A stretch of 64,000 nt of DNA from Octopus vulgaris (lineage: Eukaryota): contig OX597817.1 of the NCBI GenBank assembly GCA_951406725.2, positions 33,294,001 to 33,358,000 of the forward strand, given 5' to 3'. Positions within the stretch are counted from its first letter, which is position 1. Each line of letters begins with the position of its first letter. The notes beneath the pieces were generated by a model, which did no database searches, was not told the DNA's origin, and saw nothing but the letters and a program-made list of their open reading frames with translations. Below, one piece after another: positions 37,916-52,479 of this stretch. The translations under genes were made by a program, and so were the position numbers.

Positions 37916-38619
37916 ATATATCCCCAGATGATCTCTGATTGAGCAGGTCTATCATCAAAGGTTTTCCAATTGTGTCACCAAAACTACATTATTCAGTGTT
38001 GTCTTTTTTCTTTCAACGTGTAATTTAAGCAAGATTTTGCTGCTGTTTCTAGCAGTTCAAATGGCCATTTAGAGGTTCCTTCTTTTGATTATGAGTATGT
38101 GCATGTCTGTATATATGTGTGTATGTATGTATGTGTGTGCATGTGTGAGTAGAGAGTTAAACTCCTGTTATATCTTTACATGGTGTTTACATTCGTATTT
38201 ATGTTTATCTTTCATGTCTCAAAAGCACCTCAGCAACAATTGTTGTTTATATCAATTAACTTTCTTTGTATACTCTAAAAAAATTCCTATGTTCAGTTTG
38301 AAATTTTGAATATGTTATACTTATTCCTATGGTTATAGTCAACACTGGATTTTAGTTTTGTTTGATAGTGACTAATAGTTGTCACTGGTTTCATGACATT
38401 TCATTATATCACTACATACACTTTTGTATAGCTTTTGCTGTCTCTTATTACTTCTCATTCGTACATGCTTGCTCACATAATAATCTTTAAAAAGAAACAG
38501 ATTAACACAGACTTTGATGGAAGTGAGTTTTTGTCTGAGCACTTTTATTGTTTTCAGCCTTGTTGAAAAGCTGAAGGCAGCAAAAACACTCTCAAACAAA
38601 AATTAAAAAAAACTGCTTT

Positions 38620-39262
38620 TTACCTTTTACTTGTTTCAGTCATTAGACTGTGGCCATGCTGGGGCACCACCTCGAAGAATTTTTAGTCAAATGTTTCGAC
38701 CCCAGTACTTCTTTTTATATAGTATGGTCATTGACTGCGCCACCGTAAAAAGCACCATTTTAGCTTGGGTGATGCTAGTGCTGGCTGACTGGTCTCATGC
38801 CGGTCATTGCCAGTGCCACCTAACTGGCTCCCGTGCTGGTGGCACATAAAAGCACCATTCAAGCATGGTCGATGCCAGTACCACCTGACTGGCCCTCATG
38901 CCGGTGGCATGTAAAATGCACCCACTACACTTTTGAAATGGTTGGCGTTAGGAAGGGCATCCAGCTGTAGAAACTTTGACATTTTTGACTGGAGTCTGGT
39001 GCATCCTTCTGGTTTGCCAGCCCTCAGTCAAACTGTCCAATCCATGCCAGCATGGAAAGTGGACGTTAAATGACGATGATGATGATCACAAACACACACT
39101 CAATGGGCTTCATTTAGTTTCCATCTACCAAATCCACTCACAAAGTTTTGGTTAGCTTGAGATTATTGTTGAACACACTTGCCCAAGGTGTCACACAGTG
39201 GAACTGAGCCCCAAACCATGTGGTTGAGAAGCATGCTTTTTACCACACAGCCACACCTGTGC
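38620..39262 (-). mobile_element. S1 SINE (minus) interrupted by a + strand RTE tail (~38722-39086)
   Basis: S1 tail at 38620-38715 and S1 head at 39087-39262, with an RTE 3' UTR and (GAT)n between them. Confidence 0.8.
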
Positions 39263-39555
39263 CTTTTATTTAAAGATTATATATATAATTAACAATTTTT
39301 AATTAAAGATCATGGATTTGTTTTCAAATATCATGGCTATCAAAAATTTTTAATAATTTTTTTTACCTCTTTGCCTTTTCTACCACTACTATAATAAACT
39401 TTCTTCCTCAGAGCTAGTTGGGCTCATTCTCATCTCTTCCTTTCTAATCACCCTTGCTGTGTCCCCATCTTAATCTCTATATTAATCACTGTCTTGTTTT
39501 TCCTTTTTTTGGTATTGACTTGCAAACGTTTAAGAGGAACATTACTACTTGGCCA

Positions 39556-39775
39556 TTTAGCATTTAATCTGGCCTTATGCTGCCTAAATATTCTTCCTGC
39601 TATATGTTCAAACTGGCCAGATTCAGCCACTCACACCTACCTACAATGTCAATCTAGAAATAAGCAATCATACCAGTAGAGGCTCAAGGCTGTGAGATAA
39701 TGCATGATTAATTCAAAACAATGTTAATAAATAGGAATTACATTTGACAAAGTAATCTAAATGCTAAAGGGTTAA
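39556..39775. mobile_element. Second piggyBac-type MITE family, older
   Basis: TTTAGCATTTA ... TAAATGCTAAAGGG|TTAA; left terminus eroded. Confidence 0.65.
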
Positions 39776-41558
39776 GCCTTTTACTTCTTATGGACCCCAA
39801 GCCATTGACAACATTTCTCCCTACTCTGGACTGTCTCTTGCTTCTCTCCTGTTGGATCCCTACTTTTTCAGCTCTGCCTCATCCAACGTTGTATTCTTCC
39901 CTCAAGGAAGGCCTTCCTCTCTACGGTCTTGTTGGTTTTGAATTGTCATTGATGCAACTGTAAAGACTTTTTTCTTTTGTTTTGTTTTTTTTTTCAAGGT
40001 AGGGGTGTTGACCCTATGAAAATCCATTTTTACCTCTGAGAAGAGATATTCTGTACTAGCCTGGTCTCTATCCTTAGACCTATCCAGCATGGATGGCCTT
40101 GCAAAGAACTTGCTCTCCACTGGCATAGCCTTTGTGGTCATTGAAGCACATATGCCACCACATTGTAACAGGGACTAGACCTTGTGATGGAAGGGGAACA
40201 TTCATGGTATTAGTCTGGCAAGTTTAAGAAAGTCTACAAAAGCCATAAGTACTGGTCCTTCCTTCAGACCCAGCAAGTAAAATAAAAATAAAAAAAACAT
40301 GACATTGAGGGATCCAACAATGAAAAGACATGAGTAATGTTAGTTTAGTGCTAGGTCTAGTGTCTAGTTTAGTGCTAGGTCTAGCCAACTGTCGTGTTGA
40401 ATTTCCTTGCTTTATGTCATAGTTCTGAAACCTGACTCTTTAATTCAGTGACCATAAGAGCAAGAGGAAGACTATTTATCTGGTTTGGTCTATACTTGTT
40501 GGACTTTCTTTCTCTTTGTTTCACTTATGTATTTGGAAAAAAAGTTAAAGCTAATAAATCCATATTGTCCGCTTTGCAGTCAATATGAATGATTGTCATG
40601 TTGATGAATAATAATCATGAACAGTTGAGTAAGAAATCCATATATTTGATATTTAATTATATTCCATGTGTATGTGTGAAAGCATAATACCTTACCACTC
40701 TACATGTGTCTGTGTGATATATATATAGGCACAGACATGATTGCAGTTAAGTTTGCTTTGCAACCAGATGTGCTATGTAGTTCAGAGTTCAGTTGTACTA
40801 TACAGTATCTTGGGAAAGTGCTTTTAATAAAAGTCTTGGGTAAGCATGTTTTGTAAGCAGAATATGGCAAACAGGAATTCTCCAGAAGCCCATCATATGT
40901 GCACATGCTTGTGTGCACATACATGCACACGTACACACACACACGCACACACACTCACACACATGCATGCACACACTCAGTAAATTGCAATCATTCCTGT
41001 CTATACTATATTGCTTGTGTCCCCTCACAAACCAGGAAAGCACAGTATTTCCTTGTTGCAGGTAGGTGTGTGTGTGTGTGATGTGTGTGGCGCCCAAATC
41101 ATTACAACAAAATGTCTGCCAAGAAGTTTGAGTCTTGACATATATTCAAAACTGGGGTCAGTTACAACGGTGAGCAATGACCAGACCAATCTACTTGGTC
41201 TTCCTATGCATGTCTCACAGCACCATTGCAGGATATTATCTTTCTGCTTAGTGAAACTTTACCACTGATTGTAGGGTATCTTTCATGGCTGGGTTCTTCA
41301 TGTTCAGAATTGAATAAGAGCTGGAGAACTTTGATAAAAACTTATAGGGGCCCAAAGAAAAAAAGTCATTTCTAGTGGTCAGTCATTGCTAGGATGGCTA
41401 AGTTAATTCAGCATATAACCCCTACCCATTACAATTGATGAAGGTAATCACAGAGCAGCTCAAAATGGCTGAGTATACTGAGGTATATGAAGGCATTGGG
41501 TACAATTCTACATGAGAAAAATTTAGTTAATGTCCCACATAGAAGAACTGTGGTCTTG

Positions 41559-41788
41559 TGGTGAGCTGGCAGAAACGTTAGCATTCCAGACGAAATGCTT
41601 AGCGGTATTTCGTCTGTCTTTAACTTCTGAGTTCAAATTCTGCTGAGGTCGACTTTGCCTTTCATCCTTTCGGGGTCGATAAATTAAGTACCAATTATGC
41701 ACTGGGGTTGATGTAATCTACTTAATCTCTTTGTCTGTTCTTGTTTGTCCCCTCTATGTTTAGCCCCTTGTGGGCAATAGAGAAATAA
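41559..41788 (+). mobile_element. SINE S2
   Basis: Full head and core, tail TTTAGCCCCTTGTGGGCAATAGAGAAATA. Confidence 0.92.
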
Positions 41789-42467
41789 GATATATTGTCT
41801 TTTAGCTGTCTTTATTCTCTGGTCTCCTGTGCCATGGGTGCCAATAATGGGAGAAGAAACAACCAACAGTTCTACAATGCCAAGGACACATTGGGTATTG
41901 CAGTGGTGGGTGATATGTTTGGGGGTCACCTGATCCTGTCATGCTTTTGCTTATTTGCTGCATCAGGGCTCTTGCTGGGGCTAAAAGAGATTTTGATGAA
42001 TAACCTGTGTCCCTGTTGTATCTAGTTGATTGCATGTGCTGTTTTTCTGGATGTTTTGTTTTTCTTGCTTGGTATCTTTGTTTACTTTTTTTGTTTTGGT
42101 TTCCATTGCCTAGTGCGCTTACATATAACCCACACATATTTGTATATATTTATTTGTGTATATGTGGGGGTGGATTGTCAATAAATCATTGCATTGATTG
42201 TATTTCTTCTACGTGAGTTAAATTCTCTTTAGCCAAGATAGATTTAACTACTCAGTAAATAAATGGAAAAAGAAAAAATAAGTACTGAAAAATTATTGAG
42301 GTTATTATAATTGATTAAAACCCTTGAAAACAAGGGTTTTAAAAATTCTGAAACCATTAAAAGAATTAAAGAATCATGTGTATATGTGTTCCTTCATGAA
42401 AGGAGGTTGCAACATGTAATGCACACCTTATTAAGCCAATAAGTGAAATAACTGCTTTTTTTTTTAG

Positions 42468-42611
42468 GAATAGAAGTGGCTGTGTGGTAAGTAGCTTGCT
42501 CACCAACCACATAGTTCCGTGGCACCTTGGGCAAGTGTCTTCTACTATAGCCTCGGGCCGACCAAAGCCTTGTGAGTGGATTTGGTAGATGGAAACTGAA
42601 AGAAGCCTGTC

Positions 42612-42644
<33 letters not shown>

Positions 42645-42870
42645 GTATGTATGTATATGTTTGTGTGTCTGTGTTTGTTCCCCCAACATCATTTGACAAC
42701 CGATGCTGATGTGTTTACATCCCTGTAACTTAGCGGTTTGGCAAAAAAGACCGATAGAATAAGTACTAGGCTTACAAAGACTAAGTCCTGGAGTTGATTT
42801 GTTCGACTAAAGGCAGTGCTCCAGCATGGCCAGTCAAATGACTGGAACAAGTAAAGGAGTAAAAAGAGAA
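42468..42870 (+). mobile_element. SINE S1
   Basis: S1 head (short internal deletion) and tail. Confidence 0.9.
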
Positions 42871-43208
42871 TATAATCAAGGTTCCAAAGTGTGAGAGCTT
42901 GTGTCTATTTGATAAATCTACAGCATAGTATTCTTGGAAGTGTTCCCAGTTATTTCATTCTAAAATTCTTGATTTACATGTTATATCTCTTTTGGAATGC
43001 TTGCGGTATATTCTGCTCCATTTAATTCTCTTACCATTATGTTTATTTGAATTTTATTTGTACACTGAAGATACTGTGTCTAGTTAACTACTCCTGATTA
43101 ACTAAGACTAAAGAACTAGTCAAATCCTTCAAATTAGTAGTTATGTGATAATAATGATTGCTGTTGTATTCATTTGTACTCTCAAGTATTGAATTGTCCT
43201 CTATAATA

Positions 43209-43373
43209 GGTGTAGGAGTGGCTGTGTGGTAAGTAGCTTGCTTATGAACCACATGGTTCCGGGTTCAGTCCCACTGCATGGCACCTTGGGAAAGTGTCTT
43301 CTACTATAGCCTCAGGCCGACCAAAGCCTTGTGAGTGGATTTGGTAGTTGGAAACTGAAAGAATCCCATCGTG

Positions 43374-43406
<33 letters not shown>

Positions 43407-43643
43407 GTATGTATGTGTGCATGTATGTATGTGTGTATATGTTTGTGTGTCTGTGTTTGTCCCTGCAACATTGCTTGACAACCGATGCTGGTGTGTTTAC
43501 ATCCCCGTAACTTAGTGGTTCAGCAAAAGAGACCAATAGAATAAGTACTAGGCTTACAAAGAATAAGCCCTAGGGTTGATTTGCTCAACTAAAGGTGGTG
43601 CTCCAGCATGACCACAGTCAAATGACTGAAACAAGTAAAAGAG
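43209..43643 (+). mobile_element. SINE S1, with many CpG transitions
   Basis: Full-length match with TG/CA at positions that are CG in other copies. Confidence 0.92.
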
Positions 43644-44326
43644 CATACTCTCACATTTGTATTGTGTTTTTATATGTAGGGCAACTGATTTCCTTTATCA
43701 GTCCACTGTTCTTAAATTTAACTAAACATCTTTTTCTAATGCTTTTGGTGTTGCTATGGCTTTTCATCGAACCCACAAATTGTTTATCCTCCTTTAGTAT
43801 GTAGCAAATAAAAACTACATCTGTCATAATGTACATGGAAACCAACTTGAAATTTTTATCACACACACACATATATACAATCATACATGGGGGAGAAGTA
43901 TAGTTTTAAAATATTTAAAACTCATTTTCTTCTCTTTCTCACTTGTGTGTGGGTGTTGCAAAAATTTCTCAATATCACTTTCATCAACTAAAATTTAATT
44001 AAAATAATTTTTTTTTTTTGTCGCCAGCAAAGTAGGCTACAAGAACTTTCAGTTAAAAACAGTTTTGGAAAAGGCACGATTATAATTCGGTGAACTTTGA
44101 TAGAGAGAAACTGTATAGAATCTCATTGTGTATGTGTATATCCATTCTTTGAAACACATATATACACATACGCATGCATGCCCTCACTCTTTTCTACACA
44201 CATGATAGGATTCTAGGCTTATGAACACATTTCAACATTTCAGTACAGCAGTACATATTTTGAAGTTTTATTTTCAAATTATTTCAACAAATTTTGTATG
44301 TGAGATATATATATATATATATATAA

Positions 44327-44415
44327 AGTTAATCCAAACAAGAAAGCACAAAAAAACACAACAATGCAAGGACGTGGAACAAATATAGTATTATTGGATG
44401 CTCAGGAAAGAAGGA

Positions 44416-44420
<5 letters not shown>
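44327..44420 (-). mobile_element. Terminal fragment of a Penelope-like element embedded in (TA)n
   Basis: Reverse complement resembles 59296-59399; (TA)n on both sides. Confidence 0.65.
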
Positions 44421-44461
<41 letters not shown>

Positions 44462-45534
44462 AAGATAAATTGTTTAGCTTTTTATATACCAATGAACATG
44501 TAAGCAAACAAAGATACTCATCATAAACAGAAGCATTTAATTTCTTAGCGGATGCATTAAGAGAATGATGGTAGTAGTTCACAATCATCATAATCATCTC
44601 TGTCAAAAGACTTCTTGTTTGCATCATGTTTCTTTCTTTTTTCTTTTTTTTTTTTTTTCGCATATTATCAAGTGAGTTTATTTATCTGGATTTTTTTCTT
44701 TTCATTTTTGGAAAGTGTTAATATTTCAGGCAGTGAATTAGACATCAGTGATATTAATTAATGATTTAATTACAGAAAGATAGCTCAGACTTGGATAAAA
44801 TAATTAGTGATATTTCAATGTCATCTATAAACACCAGCTTATCTAACTGATGTCAGCATTAACTGAGTTATCCTATACTTGATATTGTGTTGATGCTTTT
44901 ATTTGTGAATAATGGTAAAAATTAAAGAATAAATATTAGTTTTCTGATACAATTTAAATGAAGGATCTTTACATATTTTGTGGATTTGTGAGAAGAGCAT
45001 AAATATTGTAACAAGAGTACATAGCATCCATTTGTTGAGCCCTCAAAGTCTTTGAATGCTGGAGATGGAGGCATATTTTGGAACTTTTTCTCTAAAGAGA
45101 ATTATGTAACTTCTAAGTTGCAGAGGCTAACTGGTACTCAAATTCCACTCTGACACAAGAAATTGATACCTTATAAATATATTTGAAAATACATGTAATT
45201 AACTTAATGTATTCAACCTACTTTTGCAGGTGAAAGTGGCATGACAACAGGTATACAATGTGCACAAATGCTCATCATATTGTATCAGCAAATTTCATTC
45301 AATTTTGTGCAATGGCTATATTTAAAAAAAAATTATACTGAACTACATTTCATCAGGCTCTAGTTTCTAACAGGATCGGGAGATTTATATGCAGAAAGTA
45401 CTACATGACTTCAAGAGTTAAGCTGGTTATAAAAAAATGTCACTACTGCCCAAATAATGTAAATGTGAAGACACACACATTCATAAACATGCATTCATGC
45501 ATGACATGAATCGGTGCAGGCATACATTTATGTC

Positions 45535-45604
<70 letters not shown>
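45535..45604. repeat. (TA)n microsatellite (others at ~6750, 51937, 52483, 59400, 59780, 63967)
   Basis: Directly visible. Confidence 0.97.
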
Positions 45605-45606
<2 letters not shown>

Positions 45607-46378
45607 ACACACACACTTGCAAGATGGATTTCCATACAGTTTCAATCTACCAAATTTCATGTACAAATTATTGCTCAACCCGAAGAAGATATTTCCTTTA
45701 GGTACTATGCAAATCAACTTAAGTGCATGTAATCATACAGTCATGTCTTCATCTCTCTCCTCTCCCTCTCTCTCATATATATATATATATATAAAACATT
45801 CTTGCACATATGCTAATAATAGCAGTAAAGAAATAAAGACATTTTTAAGCAGAATTTTTAATGTCCTCCTCATGTTAGATGAAGTTTCGCATAACTTTAT
45901 TAAAACAAAATGAAGCATATTTTGCTTTGCCAGATACTATTATACCAAGAATCAACTGTGAAAATACACAACTTCTAGTGGTAAAATATAGCACTGTGAT
46001 ACAGTTTAATTTCACGTAGAGAATAACTAAATATTTTAATTCTTGAACATATTCGAAATGGTTAATTTTTTATCTTACATGTTATTGCCAACATTTAAAA
46101 TTTACTTGATTGAATTTTATTCACCAAGACTTCTTATAAACAATTAATGAGTCAAAATTCATGAATTCAAATGAGTCATGAAAAGCAAAGGCTCCAGGCA
46201 ATTTCTTAAGTTACAAAATTTGTCATTCATTCCAAATGTTTCCCTTGAAATATAACTTTCTAATTTCAAACATTTTTATATGGTCGACTCTATTAAAATC
46301 TTTGGAGACTTCAAACAATATCTTTCTTAGTTGCTCTGCTTGAATCAGTATTTTTGGAGAAGGATATAAAGTGTGTGT

Positions 46379-46620
46379 GGAGGTGCATGGCTTAATGGTT
46401 AGGGATTAGCGCATTGCAGTTGTCATCAGGAGATTGTGGTTTTGATTCCTGGAATGGGCAACGTGTTGTGTTCTTGAACAAAACACTTCATTTCATGCTG
46501 CTCCAGTCCACTAAGCGGGTAAAAACGAGTAATCCTGTGATAGACTGGCACCCCATCCAGGGTGGGGTGGGATAGGGGAATATATATACATACACCAGAG
46601 AAAATGGGAAACCAATCCTA
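46379..46620 (+). mobile_element. Old tRNA-derived SINE with S4-type head and a third type of tail
   Basis: TGGCTTAATGGTTAG...TTGATTCC...ACTTCATTTCATGCTGCTCCAGTCCACT, then CCTGTGATAGACTGGCACCCCATCCAGGG. Confidence 0.7.
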
Positions 46621-49600
46621 TGCTCTTTTTAAGTGTCACCAGCACAGGAGCCAAACAGGTAGCCCTGGCATCGATCACGTTTGGATAGGGCTTTTTATAT
46701 GCCACCAGCATGGGAGCCAGTCAGGCGGCCCTGGCATTGATCACATTCCTATCATTGATCACGTTCAGATATTCATTCATATATATATACATATGTATAT
46801 ATATATACATACATACATACATACATATATAAAGGCATCTTTCAGTTTCCATCTACTAAATTCACTCACAAGGCTTTGCTTGACCCAAGGTTATAGCAGA
46901 AGACACTAGCCCAAGTCGCAACATAGTGGGGAAAAATATGTATGAATCTGTATCTGGTGAATTTGGATACTTAATCCAGTATAGATATTTGCAATAACTT
47001 CTAATAAAATATCTTCATTTATCCCTTTTTATTTGAACCTTTTTCTTTTATCATCTTTGGGGACATTTATGTTGATGAAACCTAAATTCCAGCTAATTAA
47101 TGTGATAAACTAGGCCAATATGCCATTATTAGCTTCTAACATTTCCCATGCTACTTCTTGAAATTAGCAACAATCAATCATTTTTGAATATTTAGTAACA
47201 GCTGCATTTAGTTCTAAACGTATTTGTTGGTTTGTTGACATACTGTACAAATGACCACATTTTTTTTTTTTTTTTTGCTAGAATGTAGGTTTAGTGTTTT
47301 CCCCTCCTTTAAATTAATATAATTTTGATTGGGCTCTATTATTTTTTTGTGACTTTATGCAAACATGACTGAACCAGAAAAAATAAAGATTTTTTATTTT
47401 TAGGCTATCCTCTGACTCAGTTTAAAGCTTGCTGTTTGTAGACATAACATGCAAAGAAACATTAATTCAACTGTGTTGTGTATAACTGGAACAAGGCATA
47501 ATAGCTACAGTGCATACTGTCACAGTTGTGTGTGTGTGTGCATGTGCGCACACTCTTAATAGAAGAATGAATGATAGCATTCATTTCTATTATTTGAATT
47601 ATTTTGATTTTATTTTTTTTTATTTTGAAGCTATTGAAAGCTGTCTGGTTGTTTAATTGTTATGGTGAATTAAGAAAACAATAGGGGGGGGGAATCCCTA
47701 ACAAAAACAGGAAAATCATTATAACAATGTTGTAGCAGTAGGATTTTGAATTGACCAGGACTTTCATGGTTCTGTGCTGAATGAAAGAATTCAGGTTAGG
47801 TTCTTTAACCTTAACTGTTATGGTAGTGGAAAGATGAGGAACTGTGTGGAAAATAAGTACTGTCAATGTATCAAAAATCTTTTAAATCTTTTGTTCAATG
47901 ATAAGGAAACAAGGGTACTTGTTTTACTCTCACATTTAGCTGATGCGGAGCATATATTAGCAAAATAGTACAGGCTTTTTACACATGTAAATCCTAATAT
48001 TTTTACAGTCACAATTTGCACTTTAAATCCTAGATGGTTGCATACATTTTCCAGGTCAGGCCATCATCAAATAGAATTTCAAGATCTCTAATATGTTTTC
48101 AAGGGTAGAGGTTTTGTTTTTCCAACAACCTTTTGTTTCTTGTAGATTGACAGTGGCTCTACATGCATATCAAATAGTGTCAATGGGTTTGTTAATATAT
48201 TTCACTGATATGAATTAATAATCAGAAATTATTCTTTTTGTGAGACAAAATACACTGAATGCAAGTACTTGAACAGATGCTAACAGATGATTTTTTTCCA
48301 AAGATCTTTTCATTATTACAAAACAGAAATATAACCTTAACGTGTCCTGCAGGGAATCCTCTTTTGATGAATATAGGGTGTTGTTGTTTTTTGCTTTTTT
48401 TCTGAAGTTTTAATGGGTCAGGCGTCAGTGGAAAAAACATAGCACCTTTGACAATTTCCATGGTCTCTGCAACTGGTGAAAGAAAGGGAAATTGTCCTAA
48501 GACTGGAGGCATAGCTGCCTCAATGCTTGCAAAAGAGCGGACTCCATTAAAGGGTCCTAGAAGTCAGATGGTAGTGTTAACCTAGAATATAGATTAAGTC
48601 TGCCTCACTAGAATCAGAACATTTCCTCTGGCTGGCTTCCACTCAGTTTCTGTTTACCTAATTTTCACTCACTAGGCTTTGGTTGGCCAAAGTTTATGGT
48701 GAAAGACATTTGCCTAAGGTGTCAAAACAAGAATAATTAAAGAATTGGACTAATGGTTTATGTATGTAATCTCCTTGAAGCTTCAAATATTTTGATTGAC
48801 ATGATAAAAGGACTACTCTCTGTAGATGTAAGAACGTATCTTTAATGATATTTCTGTTTGTCTCTTTCATATGTATGTGTGTGTGTGTGTGTGTGTGTGT
48901 ATGTATATGTGTGTGTGTGTGTATAAGTAAACCTAAATATTTTGTAGATGGTGTAAGCTGGTCAATTTGTTAACTCTTACTTACTAACCTTCCCTTCCTC
49001 TGTTTCTTTCATATTTATTTGTAACTTTCTCTAGCATTTTTCTGGATTTTATTGGCTACCTGCTTTATTATTCAGATGTGATGCTTTGAGAATGTGGTTT
49101 TATATCCATGTATACAATATATATATGTATATATATATACATTTATATGTGTGAGAATTTATGTGTGTGTGTCATTCATGTGAAAAGAAAATATAAATAC
49201 TTGACATAATAAATGTTGAATTTTAGAAAATGTCCGGTCCCTTTAGATAACATAGGTGGTGTACATGTGTGGAATTTGTGTAGGTGGAAGAGCAAATTTT
49301 TGTTTGAATTTGAAAAGTGGGTTGTTTGACATGACAAATATCTTTGGGTAACTATTTAAAACTTTTGAATTGGTGTACAGAGTTCCATAGAATTGGAAAT
49401 ACATTCACTTAGCAACGGCACCTCCATAAAGCTGGTTATTAGCATAAAGATACTTTTTCTTTTGTGTTAGTGTCTATACACATGCACACCTCCTGTCACT
49501 GACACGTACATACCTCCTGCCCTGGTTCAGACTTAGCTTTTGTGGAGGTGTTTTGACATACATAAATCTAATTGTTAAGAGACTTTGCTGCTTTCAAAAC

Positions 49601-49954
49601 CCAAAAGAACTTTCAGATTGTGACTTGTTCTATTTTTCCACATTGACTGATAGGTGTTATGACAACATAGCCACTGAAGATTGTAGATTTAATAGCTAAT
49701 GTCTGTTATATTTTATATTTTTCCCTTGATTTTTTTTTCTTGCCTTATTTTTTTATATATGCATCATAATCATCGTTTAACATCCACTTTCCATGCTAGC
49801 ATGGGTTGGACGATTTGACTGAGGGCTGGCAAACCAGATGGCTGTTCCAATCTTGATCTCGGGTGGTGCTCTTAGCACCCTACTAGCACGGGCACACACT
49901 CACAGACACACATACACATCCATGAGTATATCTTCATACCACACACACACACAT

Positions 49955-49989
<35 letters not shown>

Positions 49990-50807
49990 CACACACACAT
50001 ACATATATTGTTTAATAGATGGTGTTTCTCCCAGCAAGGGATATTGATGAAAAATATTCAGGACCATGTCCCTAGCTTAGCTTATTCTTAAATGTAGCCA
50101 TTCCACTCATTTTTTTTCTTGTAATTTTTAAGGTTTTAAAGAAAGGCATGAATATCAATATTTTCCTTTCTGTTGCTTTAAAAAGAAAATTTTAAAAGCT
50201 TAAGTCTATATATGAAAGCAGCATCAATTTGTTCTGAATTTAGAGTCACAAAAGCTGTTAGATCTAAACAACTTCTCTCACAATAACTGATATTCATGCA
50301 ATATTAGTTACTGATAGCACAATCACTTGAATGTAACCATTTGAACCAAAGAGAGGTCTTCATGATATTGCCTTATCTGCTTAAAAAAAAACCCTGAAAA
50401 ATGTCCCTCAAATCATATTCTTCTCTCTTAAAAATGGAAGATGTTTGCATGTGTCCAGGACCGTTCTTGATACTTTACACCATAATCATGACTTTAACAC
50501 CTTCTGATCACAAGTCTTCTGGTTTATGGTTAACCTGTGGTAAAAGAGCAACAACCTGCATAACCACAAACAAAGGAAACCTGTATGCAGTCACTTATTC
50601 GCAGGCATTAGTTAAATCTCAGGCAAACCACTTCCTAACATTGTGAAAAAATAGGAAAAGATACAAATAATGTAGTCCTTTATATTCACTGTATCTAGAT
50701 AAAGAAACAAGACAGTCATGGCTGGAATGCTTTTGTATCATAGGTCTGCTGAGCAAGACTGATTCGACTAGACTGCAAAATTTTCTTTGGAATGTGAAAA
50801 CTATTCA

Positions 50808-51233
50808 GCACACACACACCCACCCACACTTATGCACATACACACTCTCACACTTATGCACATACACACTCTCACACTTATGCACATACACACTCACACT
50901 TATGCACATACACACTCCCACACTTATGCACATACACACTCTCACACTTATGCACATACACACTCTCATACTTATGCACATACACACTCTCACACTTATG
51001 CACATACACACTCTCACACTTATGCACATACACACTCCCACACTTATGCACATACACACTCCCACACTTATGCACATACACACTCTCACACTTATGTACA
51101 TACACACTCTCACACTTATGCACATACACACTCTCTCACTTACACACACACACTTGCTCACTTACACACACACACACACACTCACTCACTTACACACACA
51201 CACTCACTCACTTACACACACACACTCTCTCAC

Positions 51234-51270
<37 letters not shown>

Positions 51271-51565
51271 CACTTACACACACACACACGCTCACTTACA
51301 CACACACACGCTCACTTACACACACACTCGCTCACTTACACACACAGACACACACACACACGCTCACTTACACACACACACACACACACACACTCGCTCA
51401 CTTACACACACACACTCGCTCACTTACACACACACACTCGCTCACTTACACACACACACTCGCTCACTTACACACACACACTCGCTCACTTACACACACT
51501 CACTCACTTACACACAATCACACACATTCACACACCTACACATTTTCACACACACACACACACAC
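50808..51565. repeat. Compound satellite: 24-bp unit CTCACACTTATGCACATACACACT grading into CACTTA(CA)nCTCGCT units
   Basis: About 13 near-perfect 24-mers followed by variable (CA)n-rich units. Explains the long His/Thr ORFs. Confidence 0.95.
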
Positions 51566-51569
51566 CAGT

Positions 51570-51890
51570 GCAAGAGTGCAAAATGTAAGAAGATTTCTTC
51601 TTAGATACAATGATAAGATGAAAAATGATATCAAGCATACTAGGATAAAGGGATCAGAATTTGATGACCTTAATCTGCTGATCATAACAGGTGAAGGGAA
51701 GTCTGTATAAACATCATCAGAAGTCATACGAACTCAAGGATTGAGCAGCTATGGGATCTAAGGCAAGGCTAAGAGAATCCAGATCCCTTTTAATGTTTTG
51801 CGTGTGATGGATGCTGCCTGGTTTGCAAAAACAAAGATCTAGTGCCTAACAGAAGACACAAGCATTAAAGTGTGAAATAAAAAAAAAAAA
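51570..51890 (+). mobile_element. Decayed 3' end of a BovB-like RTE LINE
   Basis: LRYNDKMKNDIK...I..SEFDDL, then a frameshifted ADHNR and a terminal C..C....C...H-like remnant, followed by poly(A). Confidence 0.55.
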
Positions 51891-51932
51891 GCAAACTTTT
51901 TTGGTCTTCATGCATTGAATACAAGACAGTCT

Positions 51933-51975
<43 letters not shown>

Positions 51976-51986
51976 TTTATAGAAGG

Positions 51987-52037
51987 AGCTTCTACAGGAC
52001 TAGAACTGTTTCATTCAAAAGAAATCATCAGGAAGCT
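51987..52037 (-). ncRNA. Type I hammerhead ribozyme, mirror copy in the left arm
   Basis: Exact reverse complement of 52347-52397. Confidence 0.78.
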
Positions 52038-52346
52038 AGGTGACAAGAGTAGTTTTGGCATTTATACATTTAGGCAGGTTTAAAGGGGTGGTGGTGGTGG
52101 ACTTTTTGGGGTAGGCATGGCGCAAACTATCATTCTTAGGGGAGTGGTCAAAGGAATCGGTGGTAAAGTAGATAAAAGAATAAATAGAAAAATAGAGTTT
52201 TATTCTTTTATCTACTTTACCACCGATTCCTTTGACCACTCCCCTAAGAATGATAGTTTGCGCCATGCCTACCCCAAAAAAGTCCCCCACCACCACCCCT
52301 TTAAACCTGCCTAAATGTATAAATGCCAAAACTACTCTTGTCACCT

Positions 52347-52397
52347 AGCTTCCTGATGATTTCTTTTGAATGAAACAGTTCTAGTCCTGTAGAAGCT
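52347..52397 (+). ncRNA. Type I hammerhead ribozyme
   Basis: Stem I AGCTTC/GAAGCT, core CTGATGA, stem II TTC-TTTT-GAA, GAAA, stem III ACAG/CTGT, cleavage triplet GUA (after 52391). The 10.1-11.1 position is a U-U mismatch. Confidence 0.8.
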
Positions 52398-52479
52398 CCT
52401 TCTATAAAATAAATTAATTTACTCTGCTATGTATTGAGTACCTTATTTACTGTGGTTAACCCCGACTCAACCCGGGACC

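Noticed and set aside
48222-48580. Coding-looking segment with open frames on both strands
   Set aside because: No recognisable protein motif and no consistent splice-site pair. Worth a BLASTX but unsupported.
50787-51710. Longest ORFs (307 aa and 264 aa, His/Thr-rich)
   Set aside because: They are translations of the CA-rich satellite, which lacks stop codons.
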